A DNA stretch of 63,991 nt, filler included, from Lenisia limosa (Eukaryota; Protista; Breviatea): assembly GCA_001655205.1 (NCBI GenBank). It is 15 parts of 15 records of this genome, joined end to end, with 100 filler letters (N's around TTAATTAATTAA, not from the genome) between each part and the next. Parts side by side here need not be neighbours in the genome. Positions count along the whole stretch, not along the records: positions 1 to 14,087 come from LPNZ01005893.1; 14 more parts are not named here. One strand, 5' to 3'. Shown in pieces: positions 1 to 11,832 of this stretch. Every line of letters starts with the position of its first letter. Positions within the stretch are counted from its first letter, which is position 1. Below the pieces are notes generated by a model, which was not told where the DNA came from, did not search any database, and saw nothing but the letters and a program-made list of their open reading frames with translations. The position numbers and the translations under genes were made by a program.

Positions 1-729
1 GGCATTTCAAACAACTTTGATTTTTTATCGAAAAAATGAAAAAGTGCCCACACTCATGTGCCTCCACCTATATACATAGTATATTAATGTCCACATCAAT
101 GTGACACCTATTTTGACAATCATTTCTCTTGTTACGATAAACTAGTTCAATTTCATTTTCTCAAAATGAGAAATCTTATGAAAATTGGTAGACCAAATTT
201 TAAAAACAACATTCTAAACGTTTTTGTGATTTTTAACCGTTCCATAATTTAACTACGAGGTAATAAAGAGCGACAGGCTTCATGTAACTTATCTACATTG
301 GCGAATGTAGCCATATATATATCTCTTTGACATTTAAATACCCAATTCCTTCTGTAAGGATAGGTTTCGAAGGCTTATTGCCTCTCGACGACATAAGGTC
401 TTTTTCAGTTGGTCTTAGCTGGCTCATTTGTTACTTCTTTAAAGCTTTACCCTCACTTTAAAACTGTATCTTTCTAACACTNNNNNNNNNNNNNNNNNNN
501 NNNNNNNNNNNNNNNNNNNNNNNNNNNNNNNNNNNNNNNNNNNNNNNNNNNNNNNNNNNNNNNNNNNNNNNNNNNNNNNNNNNNNNNNNNNNNNNNNNNN
601 NNNNNNNNNNNNNNNNNNNNNNNNNNNNNNNNNNNNNNNNNGACTTCAACAAAGAATGGAAAGGTGATTTACTTTTTTAAGGAATTTTTTTTATATAGGG
701 TTTTATAGGGTTTAGTCGGTCCTGCATAT

Positions 730-1660
730 TATATCATAGTACCTGGGGCAACATACAGAACCACTACAATCACTTCCGGGTTCCTTCGCTCATTGTTCCA
801 TAAATACAAGTTGACTGCTCCCCTTAGTGCCCTGTTCCTCAATAAATCATCTCCACCTTTCCCAACTTTCACCACCAAAACCACCACCATTGACCAGTGT
901 GTTTTCCGAACAGAAAACAGGGTAAAACCTGTGATCGACAACATCACCAAGGAGGTTGCAATTGCCACTTCTTCATCTCTTCGTGCTTCAAATACACAGA
1001 AGCTCTCTCTGAGAAGGACATCGCCTTTGTTGAAGGTGCCTCTGCGATATCTTCCATTCTATTACACCACAATCCTGACTTGGCTAAATGCCTGTATAGA
1101 GGTATGAAGGCTGCAACTCTCTCCGTATCGCAAGAACTTTCCGATCATGCCTCTGCTGTCACCAACTCCATCACTCAGTCCGTGTCGATTGGCCCCGTAA
1201 CTGAAGATCTACCATCGTTTGAGATTGTACCAGTTTCTAAGGTTTGCTACAATGTCGAAGTCTTTGAAGAACAAGTAGAAGTACTAAGAGCCTATCTTCA
1301 TTTCATTCAATAGTTCTTACCTCCATTCTTTTTTGTGATTGATTTATCATTATTTGTTTAGGGTGAGACAGCTGTTTCACTCAAGTGCGGCTAACTTGTT
1401 GCTATCAAAGATGATATCAAGGAGGCAATAATCCGAAAAAAGAGGATTGATTCTGCTCATGGTATCTCCTGCGGCCTAAAGGTTTGCATCGATTGTGTAC
1501 ATTATTTTCTATCATTTTACTGAAAATTTCTCTTTTCTACATATTGTACTGACAAATTAGCCTTTCTTTGAAAATGTCGAAGGTGTCAAGGAACTGACAA
1601 TCAACGCCAAGCGTTGTGCAGCTAAATCTAAGGCTACCACCAACACAAATAAAAAGACAA
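730..1660 (+). pseudogene. Hypothetical coding-like segment, possibly a disrupted gene
   Basis: Overlapping ORFs 793-1107 and 897-1313 are in different frames with no clear intron between them. A protein-like downstream exon (..KDDIKEAIIRKKRIDSAHGISCGLK) has an in-frame TAA at 1392-1394. No family recognised. Confidence 0.25.
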
Positions 1661-1874
1661 AATGACTGACGTGTTTTTTGTTTGGTAATCTATTAATGGT
1701 ATATTTTATATGATATAATGTATGTTTCTGCNNNNNNNNNNNNNNNNNNNNNNNNNNNNNNNNNNNNNNNNNNNNNNNNNNNNNNATTTTTTGGGGGTGC
1801 ATAAATATAACCTATAAAACTAATGATCTTGGAAAAGAGCCTGTTTTGAGTGTAAAAAAATACCCAATCAAAAC

Positions 1875-2262
1875 TATGACCAAAGGGAGAAAGCCCATTC
1901 GTCACAATTGTAAATTAATTTTGGATGCACTTCATGGTCGACAAGGACTTTGGAAAGAGCAGCGATATGCTGCATATACCTTGCAGCATCCATAGCAGTT
2001 GGATACTGTTTCAGAAATCTTGGAAACTGTGGATATACCCACCAAACCATGTAAAGAATGTGGGCATTAGTTAGCAAATTCAGTCAGGCAAATCGCGGTG
2101 GGTGAGTGACCATAAATACAAAAGAAATATTGGCATTTGAGATGTTGTGTTATTCTTAGAACAAGAATACTCGTGTACTTTGTTAGTTGGACCTCCTCTG
2201 AGCAAGAAAGACCGGAAGCGCGACCATGCAGTTCTTGAGTATGCTGTCTTGTTTGAAACATA
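1875..2262 (-). pseudogene. Degenerate pogo/Tigger/Fot1-like (DDE_1) transposase fragment
   Basis: Translation ..AALSKVLVDHEVHPKLIYNCDE.. fits the I(Y/F)N(M/C)DE first catalytic-Asp motif. The upstream segment GLSCSEEVQLTKY resembles the CENP-B-type HTH start. Stops and frame breaks are present. Confidence 0.55.
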
Positions 2263-2889
2263 AACCCCCTTTGATTGACATAGTGTGTCTTATCAAAATA
2301 ATATATTATCTTCAGGGGTTACGAGGGTGTCTTTGTTTTTCTTCTGCATGCCATTTTGATCTTTTATGGTTCAAAAAGTTTATAATTTAATTTTGGGATA
2401 GGGAAATCCTTGTTAGTTTCTTTTCCCGTGCGCAATATTTGATAGTGTTAAATTTTAGGGCCCTGTTGACAACACTATTATTACATTACTCACATTTTAG
2501 TTGGTAGTTTAAGCGGGAGTCTACTTAAATTGCGAAAACAATGTTTTTTTTGGAATTTTGCCCGCTTTTCCATTAAACATTGCAAGAAATGTGCACTTTT
2601 CTGAGTCAACTTTAAGAGAATTGGAAAACATTAATATTTTGTCGTTTTCTAGGTATTAACTTTTCCTGAAATATTGGTCAAATTGTAGAGTTTTCAAGTC
2701 TAAAATCAGCATAGAAAGTGCTAAATTCCATTAATTTAGATGATGATTTCACAATGTTTTGTAAAACAGAGTACTGTGCCCTATAAAGGAATTCAGCTAA
2801 TAATCTCACGGAAACGATTAAACTCAAAATTATACATTTGTCCACCCAGAACAATAATTGTAAAAATTGTTAAGAACAATTAAGCAGAC

Positions 2890-5208
2890 TCTCGCATAAA
2901 GGTACCCAGATTTGTTTTTCAATAATTTTGTAAATGACAAAGATACAGCCAGGAAGTGCTTGCATAAAGAGCCTTGTTGGTAAGTCCTCTTCGCTCAGAT
3001 CGAGGTCACGGCCTTGATGGACGTCATCGTCCTGGGGATCGGCAACAACGGTGTACTTGGAATCGCAGACTGAACATTATAATGTACAACTACAAAGTCA
3101 TATTTAAAACAATGAATAAAAAAAACCCACAATAAATTGAACACCAAGTTGAAAACAAAATAACTAACAATATGTAAACATTGAATACTAAAAGCAGAAT
3201 ACTGGCTCTTTTCGCAAGCACAAAGAGTTGAGGTCTATGTTCAAGTTCGATCCGAGACTAAACGTCTGGTGATGCAGCTCCTCCTCCAGCAGCACAGCCA
3301 AGCTTGAAATCCAAAAGTTATAAGAGGAGTGAGCAGATAACAAGGAACACGTAAATAATTTAGGCTTTACTTACCTTTCATCGCAGAGCTGTCTTGATTT
3401 TACTATTTCAGAACACGTAATCAATGGAGTCAACCTGCATTTCACTGTTGACCTCGATGATAATAAACTTGACACTATCAAGGCCATCTTCGGTGATGAC
3501 GTTGTGGTCTCCTGTGATTTCTTTATTTATGAGTAGTGTTTTTTTACTCTTCAGGAAGAACTTTATTCCGGAAAATTACCTCACCCATGACGCTTTTGAT
3601 AAATTGTTCTCTTGAACCATAGACATGCTGATTACGATCCGTTCAAACCTCGTCGCTGTCGAAGACATTGAGGACATGCGTGCTTGATCGCCTAGGAAGC
3701 TGACACATTTTTTAAATTCTTTTCACACACGACAGATTGAGGAGATATCTCTTCCACGACTCTGCTTCTTCAGCGTCATCCGATGCTAGGCTAAGGAAGT
3801 TTGAATGGCCCCCCCAATTGGCAGGTAGGATTGCTTTGAATGTGTTTATTCTTTCTACGTATTATGTTCCGTTTTTGCCACGGTTTGTCTTTTGTTTATT
3901 CAACTAAGTTGCCCTTTTCCCCATTCGGGGTTATTCTTAAGTGTGACGGTACTGCCTCATGTGTCACTGCCAATGACGAAGGTTGAAATTGTTTGCTGAG
4001 TCTACCTCAACCATTTTGAAGAATTGCAGCAATTTTTTTTCCTTCTCTAACTTGCCCCAATCCCAGTGTTGTCAAAAGTGCGTAGTGGTTCGCTACCTCT
4101 TCAGCGACCCTAGAATTGCCCATGTCTTTTCCAGTGTAAGTCATGATTAGGCACCAGTTACCCAGCACTGCAGGTCATTCTCTTTGGTTCCCCCTTCTGT
4201 TTAAAGCGAGATGTTCACCGTTTGGAGATAATGCTACTAACCTCTCTACCCCCCGTACACTTTCATTCCCAAGAAGGAAGGCCCAAGGGAGCACGTAACC
4301 ATTGTTTTATTCCGAGGCCGACCACGACGCATTTTTTGAACAAGTTGATTGCTTGCCTTATCTTCATTGAAACTCAATGCCTCTGAAAGCTGGAGTCTGT
4401 AGTAGTATATGGCTGTAATATATTAGATAATCACAGTCAGCAAATATCGTTGCGCATTCCTCCCTTTCTTCAGACTTTCAATCCGTTCAGTTTGTTCATA
4501 TTTGATCTTCTCCAACTGGAGGCACCTTCGATTAGCCGTCTCAAGCGGTTCATAAACTTTCATAATTAACTAAAAGTAATCAGAAATAAATGCTATACAC
4601 TAACTTCTTTGCCATCAGTTCCAGTGTTGGTCTGCTGCATAGTGAGGCAACCATGGCAAATTCTTGCCCCGACTTCTCGCAGAAGCAAGAGCACATATCA
4701 CATTGATATTTTGTTGGCACTAAACCTTTTAAGAAGGAAGAGAAAAGGTCATGCTGGGAAAGAGAAAACAACATCACAATATCATGCCTTAGTGAAAGAT
4801 GTGTAATGCTTGGTCTCCCAAATAGTAGCCCTTTGAAAGTGGTTTGCTTTTATTTATTTTTTGTTGCGTGAGATTACATGTATCAGTCCCAACAAAGCTT
4901 AAAAAGCTTAAGGTGATGATTACTGGAGACAGTAAGGGGCAGAGGGGAAGATCGATTCAATCAGATGAAAGGCTCTAACAACTTTGTTTAATAGCAGAGT
5001 ATTATATAGCTTAACGAAGAGACCGTTGACTTGTGAATACGAAGCGGGTGGAGATCAATGCAAGTCCCGACACAGTATTGAGAGGATATATATGAATATT
5101 ATTAAAAATAAATACCTGGGGAGTCAAACCCTAAACTAGTATATTGAAATGGTGTTTCACCGGGTTAAGGGTGTCCCTCCGAATGAACCTAAACCTCTGT
5201 TCCTCCAT
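2890..5208 (-). CDS. Hypothetical multi-exon protein, head-to-head with the GNL3-domain gene
   Basis: Chain of GT-AG bounded open segments (MEEQRFRFIRRDTLNP.., KVYEPLETANRRCLQLEKIKYEQ.., NVITEDGLDSVKFIIIEVNSEMQVDSIDY..) with short introns. Ends approximate. Confidence 0.5.
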
Positions 5209-5345
5209 ATTAAGCTTAATAAAGAAGTTCCGAAGGTTTGGCCTCCATTTACAGAACCAGGCAAAAGTTTATTTTGATTTTTCGCGGCACGGCGGGTCAC
5301 CCCCCTGAGGCAAGAAAAAGAATCCTCGAATCTTTCACGGAGAGT

Positions 5346-6117
5346 ATGGTTCCAAAGAGTAGGTGATTTTGTTGTTTGCTGATGGATGTGCAGAGCATAA
5401 GTCTAAGCGTGTGACGTTGAAAGTGAAATACAAGATCAAAAAGAAAGTAAAGGAACATCACAAAAAGCTAAAGAGGAATGCTAGAAGAAGTCCACATCCT
5501 CAAGCAAAAAGTTTGTACATTTACACCTCTTTTCTTATTTTCAGGTAAAAATAATGATGTTGTTATTCCAAATAAGTTCCCTATGAAGGAGGAATTGCTC
5601 AATCAATTCCAAGCTGAAAAAGCCACGAAAGAGAGGGATGATATTTTGAAAAGAGTGGGTTTTCTTGTGTTTTTTCTCTGCCGCTTTGTTGCTGATGGTG
5701 TAGGAGGCCAAAAAAGCTGACAGAATTCGGGAGAAGAAGAAGGCTGCTAAGATTCTCGCGGTTGCTCAAAATAATGCTGCGTTAGCATCAGCGAAGGTTT
5801 GATTTCTGGGGTCATCTTCCACAATCAAAGTAAATGAGTGAGATTATTGCTTGTGCCCTCCACCCCATTTGGATGCTTTACCTAATAGAAAACAGTTTTC
5901 AAATGACTATTTGATAAACTGATGATTCCGATGAACTTTTCCAATTTTTTCCTTATTAACAATTTAGGTTGATATAAAGAATGATGTAACTAAATTGAAG
6001 GCCCGCCAAGCTCGAATTAAGAAGAAAAGTTCAGAAACCAGACTGATTGATGAGGATGTTGAACAAGAGATTTCTGTTAACCTTGCAGAAGATGAGTTTG
6101 ACTTTGATACGCTCTGA
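5346..6117 (+). CDS. GNL3/nucleostemin/Nug1 N-terminal (GN3L_Grn1) domain protein, about 160 aa, no GTPase domain
   Basis: Exons 5346-5358, 5394-5510, 5545-5654, 5704-5796 and 5968-6117 splice in frame to MVPKKHKSKRVTLKVKYKIKKKVKEHHKKLKR..VVIPNKFPMKEELLNQ.., the nucleostemin-family basic N-terminus. TGA at 6115-6117. Confidence 0.8.
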
Positions 6118-6539
6118 TCTTCCAATGAAAAAAATTGGTGTTGTACTGCAACAGTCTACATCCTCCCTGTGATAATTATCATGTTTTTTCTTTGAGTATG
6201 AAATCACGAACTGGCTTTTGAGATGGGATGGGGGGGGGGGNNNNNNNNNNNNNNNNNNNNNNNNNNNNNNNNNNNNNNNNNNNNNNNNNNNNNNNNNNNN
6301 NNNNNNTGATTATATTCTTTCCCAGAAATCAACTTAGGGTGAATATAGATAGATTATATATCTCTATTCCTCGGGAATACTATACAATTATGATCTCGTA
6401 CGGAATTTTATCGTTTATCATCGGTTTTAGTTATTGTAAATTCGCCACTACTCTGCGACAAACGAAATTATCAACCTTTCCACTGGCTGAAGATTATGAT
6501 GACTTCCTTAAGATTACTGACCAACCAATCAATATTGTT

Positions 6540-6725
6540 TCTTTGGGTTATGTCGGCTCTTTTAGACCCCCAACATTGTCGACGACAACCGCCATGATGC
6601 CACTACTGAGGAGAAGATCGAGTAGTACTTCGCCACTCTGTCTCACCTCCTTGCTGATTGACCATCAACAATAACCTTGTCTTCAACATGGATGAGTCGA
6701 TGATTGAGCTGTCTACATCTAAGGT
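6540..6725 (+). pseudogene. Second degenerate pogo/Fot1-like transposase fragment
   Basis: IVDDNRHDATTEEKIE*YFATLSHLLAD, frameshift, then TINNNLVFNMDESMIELS: FNMDE catalytic motif with an internal stop and a frameshift. Confidence 0.6.
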
Positions 6726-7019
6726 ATGATTGAGTTGTAGGTATATGTTGTACAATCACCCCCCCTCCCCCCTGCAGTGAAACCACAATGACTTACCCCC
6801 GTGTGTTTCTCAAATGTTTAACTTTGTCAGAGTATTTTGGGTTTTTTTTATTTTATTTCTGAAACTCAATGATTTTTCTCCATATGAGCAATTCTAACCA
6901 TTTTCCCAGAGCAACCTAGTCGTAATACACACAACAAGTATAAGACGGAATACTGGATGGGTAAAACAATTTTTCAGCTGTGAATTTCGACTGGAACTGT
7001 CATATTATTTGTGACATTT

Positions 7020-10000
7020 TCATGAAAGAGGCCTTAACGGCCGGGGAGACGCTGCCAATGTTCTTGATGATGAATGTCTGCCTAATCTTGAAGAAAACGG
7101 CTTGAAAGTGAGAGTGCTGTTGCAATTGTAATACTAAGTGTGGACTATGCCGTAAATAAGTGTGTGCGATATTTAGGCGATGAGCGTACCCTTGCTGGAG
7201 GAGGAGAGGGAGATTGTCTTGGGGAGGCAATGCGTTCACCTTTAGATGGACTGCAACTCCGATGTAAGGTGTCTCTTCTAGGGGATGACGTTCTGAGTCC
7301 TAGAGAAGTTAAGCTGATGATTGCACTTACGATTGTATCCAACAGATAAAGGCTTGGTGTTTGTACCCTAAATTGTTAGTAGTTTAAAAAACACAACTAA
7401 TACACCTCTATCATCTTTCGAAGCTCTGGTGACGGGGCAGTTGGCGGTAGTTCATTATACTCAGGTAGAGCTTGAGTGTCGACTGGAATTTAACACTAAA
7501 CAAAAAGACAAACTTTTAGACAGATTTTTCTCCAGAACCGCTGCTACTAAAGTAGCACGGTCAGCCCTAATGAAAGATAACGAAACCGTTGACGGGATTA
7601 TACCTCTGGACAAGAGCTTGTAAATGAATTCTGAGTGATGCAAGATCATTTTGAGCAGCACGGTTTTCACTTTGGGTATCTGCTACCTGGAATATTAAAC
7701 CTTTGATTGGTACCTCATTTTCTAGGCGAGTAATTAAACCAGCCTGGTCATCCACTACTTCTGAAAGCTACAATATCAGGTGTAACAAAGTGTATCTAAC
7801 CTTTGTAATTCTAGATTTGTACTTATCTGCAATCATCATAAGCTCCCTAAAAAATGAAGAAAGGGCTGGGCAAACTTATAAGAAAGGTTGCTATTAGGAG
7901 ATACCCGAGAACTAGAAACAGCTGATGGGCGTATATGTTGATCCATCTTCAATAAAGATGGCATTTTTGATGAGACTGAGAATTGGGATTTACCAATTTT
8001 GTTAGTTTTTGCATTGGTTCTTGTTTCAAGCTCAAAAGACCACTTCTTTAGTTGACTCACCGCCTTTTCATTGCTCTTTTCTACCCGTTTCTGAAATGAA
8101 AAAGTGAAATATAATTTTGGGCTCCTACTCTCGCCAAAGAAGGTTCGTTGGAACAAAGAGAAGCTTCTTTCTTTGTATTTCGAGTTTCATGTAACTTGTT
8201 CTCGAGGAGGTCTATTCTTGCTTTGGACTGGAAAGGTAAACATTCAATCCATCTTACCTTTTTAGCGGTTGACTCAGCGGCCACTGCTCTTTGCGCCAAA
8301 ACTTTTCTATCACACTGAAACAATAAATGATACAAAAAAAAAACTAAAAACCTCTAGAATTGCAATTTTTTTTTTCAAAATGGAGTTGTCATTCTGAACC
8401 AAGGCCTGAACAATGAAAAAAAGGTTGAGCATACTAATAACTCAAGGGAGTTGAAGGAAGCGTCAACCTTTTGCTCCTTTACATTTTGCTCACGTGCTTC
8501 AGCAACCCTCTCAATAGTGACTTAAATTACCATTCACTCACCAAGTCAACATTTGCCTTATGTAACCCAAATCTGATTTCAGACAAAGTTTCATCTTTCT
8601 CAGCCATCTTTTTTTCATGGTAAGACGTTTGCATATCCTTTCGTTTTACTCTTGTTGAAGCAACGGAAAGCTGTTGTAATAAGAGGCAGTAAGGTATTAC
8701 TTGGTCATTGAGCACAGAAATTTCTTTATCTTTATTCCTTCCCATGGCTGTTCTTGACAACTTAGCTTTAATACAGTCAAAATTAAAGCAGATTTACCTA
8801 TTTGAAGGTGCTCAAGCAACGATGCCTGTAAAGCACCCTGATGCATTATAACAATGTCAGAATATGTATCAACACAACAACATGAAAACATACCATCCTT
8901 TTTAATTCAGTATTTTCATGTTCAAGTCTTCTCAGAGCTTCACTGTACCTACGGCGCAAATCAACTTGAAGTCAGGGGACAAGGGATCTAACATACTATC
9001 AACATATTCAATTTTATCCTTGAGATGTGCATTTGTTATATCAGACTTTCCAACAATTTGTCTCAAACGGCAAGTTTCAGCATAAAGCTTATCGTACTCT
9101 TGCTTGTGGTCAGTTTACTAAACCAAACAAACCAAAAGATCTTTGTAAGCTTTATCACTAGATTCGGCATCCACAAGAGCGGTTTTCTAAAATAAAAAAG
9201 AAGATCCGCCAAACCAATTCCGATTTCACCTCTCTGTTTTCTAGTGTTCTTGTCATCAGAATATTATCTTGATGAGACAAAACACGTAGGTTAGCCTCAA
9301 TGGTTGTGGAATCCTGGTTGGTTAAAATAAGAACAATCACCTTTTTATCTCTCGCATGCAATTCTGTCTGTAAGCGAGATACTTCAATTCGCCCTGACAT
9401 CTTTTCATTTGAAAGCATGGCTGAAAGTCCATGAATTCGCTTATAAGCTGCCTATGTATTAGTATTATCATAAACTTCCAAATCTTGGTTGGTGGAATGA
9501 AGGGTATTTTCTGTGTAAGTCAATGCATTTATTGCGCCGTCCATGTGACTAGAAAGCTCTGTATTTGACTTTTCCAATTTGTTGATCTAAAAAAATAATT
9601 TGATGGGTTAATAGACAACAAAACCTGATGACCCAGGTGGTGAACTTGAACTTCAGCTCTCTTAGTCTCTTCTTTCGCAAGCAACACGGTTTTCGAACTA
9701 CTCATTTCTTTTGTTTTCATTCGTTGTAATTTCATTTCTAATTCTTGTTTGTAAAAATAATGCTGAATCACACCATGTATTTCATGAATAGCCTTATCCT
9801 TTTCATCGTCTTTGATTACCTACACATAAGTTGAAAGGGTCCAAACGTTGTCCGTTTGTGCCTTAGCAAGTCTCTTCTGTGCAGCAAAAAACGCACGGTC
9901 TCGCTGGACGAAATTAAAAAAATACTGCTATTTGAAAAAAAAAATTAAATCGGTTAAAAGAGAGTTTAGATTATTGATCACAAAACAAATCAACCATACC

Positions 10001-11130
10001 TTGCCCATTGCCTCAATAGAGTCCTGCACCTGTCGCTCTGCCTGACATGCACGGGCAGTTTGAGTTACAAGATCTTTCGAAAAGCTGAAGAGATATGTTA
10101 GAAAATAGTGTAGAAAACTCTGAAGAGTATTGATATTAACTTACCTGTTAATAACGGCTTGAGAAACAAGAGTTTCATCTTCTTTCTTTGAAATTTCATC
10201 ACTTAATCGTTCATTATTGACAGTTAACTACAAAATGAAGGAGTGCAGCATTCCTAACGCTTTCAATATGCTTTTTCATGTTCTGTAGTTCTGAAACAGC
10301 CAAATTGTCTTGACCTTTGAGTCTTCTAATTTCCTCTTGCAAACGTTCTTCAATCAGTCTGTAACGTGAGACAAGAAGAGAGCCCCACGCATAAGTATGG
10401 AGTTCATTAGACTGGGATTGGGACAGCCCTGTTGCAGCTGAGAGACGTTCATTTGTAGTGATAACCTGTAGGTCAGTTGCCAGCAAGCCAAACCTGGACA
10501 TTAGCTCTTTTCAGTTCTGACTGTAAGGACTTGACTTTTGATTCTGCTAAGAGGGCTCTTGATGCCTCACTTTCAGCCCTCACCTGATTTTCAACGCTCT
10601 TCGATTTTAGTGATTCCAAAGCTGCCTCCCTATCCATGAGTGAAAAAAGTCCCTACTTTTTTCGGTTTTCTTTCTGCAATTCATCAAGACGAAGTTGGGC
10701 CCTGAATAAATCTTCCCCAAGCTGAAGCTTGGATCCATTTGCCTGCAGCAGCAACTGTTGCTTGTCCTCTTAAACATGACAAAAAAAATAACGACTAACC
10801 TGCCTCTTGCCGGGCATCAGAAACTTGCTGTTCAACTGAATCAAGTATCTTCTACGCAATAAAAATTGAAGCGAAAAGTACGCGCAACTTCCTGAAATCG
10901 AGCCATAATTTCCATATCAGTTGATGTAGAGGTAGAGGGAGGCATTGTATACACTTCCTTTGCACTGCCTTCATCAAGACATCAAGATTTCCCGATTTCA
11001 GCAGTTTGCATGGATGTTGGGGGAATGGGGTAGTAGAATATATTATATCTGGGGATATCGACCTGTTGAGTATATTTGCAGCCACAATCTCCCACTCCTG
11101 CCATTTGGTTCTCACCTCTCGAAAGTTCAT
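7020..11130 (-). CDS. Large coiled-coil protein with Ser/Pro/Arg-rich C-terminus and many very short introns
   Basis: Spliced frame KILDSVEQQVSDARQEAEDKQQLLLQ..LQSELKRANVQVITTNERL..LIEERLQEEIRRLKG.. is heptad-rich. Removing 28-nt and 31-nt GT-AG introns restores frame. Putative TGA at 7020-7022. The 5' end may extend to about 11.9 kb. Confidence 0.65.
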
Positions 11131-11780
11131 GTTCTTGATAAATCTCTAAATAAAAGTATTTACGGGTTGGATACTCATAAGTTATCGAAAACTAAGGGAA
11201 ATCATACTTTGCAAGGGCCTCAGTCCTCTTAACTAAATTTTATAGAGAGTAATTTAATAAAACAAATAATAGCAGCACACATTCTACTACCCCATGTTGA
11301 GGGCATGATGGCATGACCCCCACATATTGAGCAAGCTGTACCAGTGTAAAACTGGCCTTATTTGCTGTGTTGACCATATTCCGCGGTTCAACAAATTATA
11401 GGTTTTTGCTTTGTTGTATAAATTGTATTCAAAACGTCAGTGTCGATGACTTTTCAAAATTTATGTTTTGTTTTCACTTCAATGGTATGATCATTACCTA
11501 AAGGTTAGCTGGGAAAGGATCTCAAATACCCTCAAATAGCATTGTTGTCAAATCGTTACATAAACATACAGAAGATAATAGGTAGAGGGTTAAGGAAGTT
11601 CGAATGGCGAGTTTTCTGTTCACTGTAAACGCTGTAAGTACCATCGCACCTCTTCTTTCCTACTCTTACATCTTTAATTATGTTTACTTAATGATATAGG
11701 AAGTGGTTTGGCTAAATAATATGTATCACTCCGATTGTCACCAAATCCATTCCATAATATCTCCGATATGACTATGATTG

Positions 11781-11832
11781 TCATGGGTAGTAGAGAGGAA
11801 ATTCCTCTCCAGTTCCTCTTTACTACCCATGA
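11781..11832. repeat. Near-perfect 20-bp inverted repeat (hairpin) with 12-nt loop
   Basis: tcatgggtagtagagaggaa (11781-11800) versus ttcctctttactacccatga (11813-11832): 19/20 Watson-Crick pairs plus one G-T pair. Confidence 0.85.

Noticed and set aside
1370-1480. In-frame TAA in a protein-like segment, suggesting TAA/TAG-to-Gln reassignment
   Set aside because: Well-conserved genes (kinesin-2, CFAP52, formin, Sec24, PUF) have no in-frame TAR, use CAA/CAG for Gln, and several end at TAA/TAG. The TAA lies in gctaac, a branch-point-like motif, or the locus is a pseudogene.
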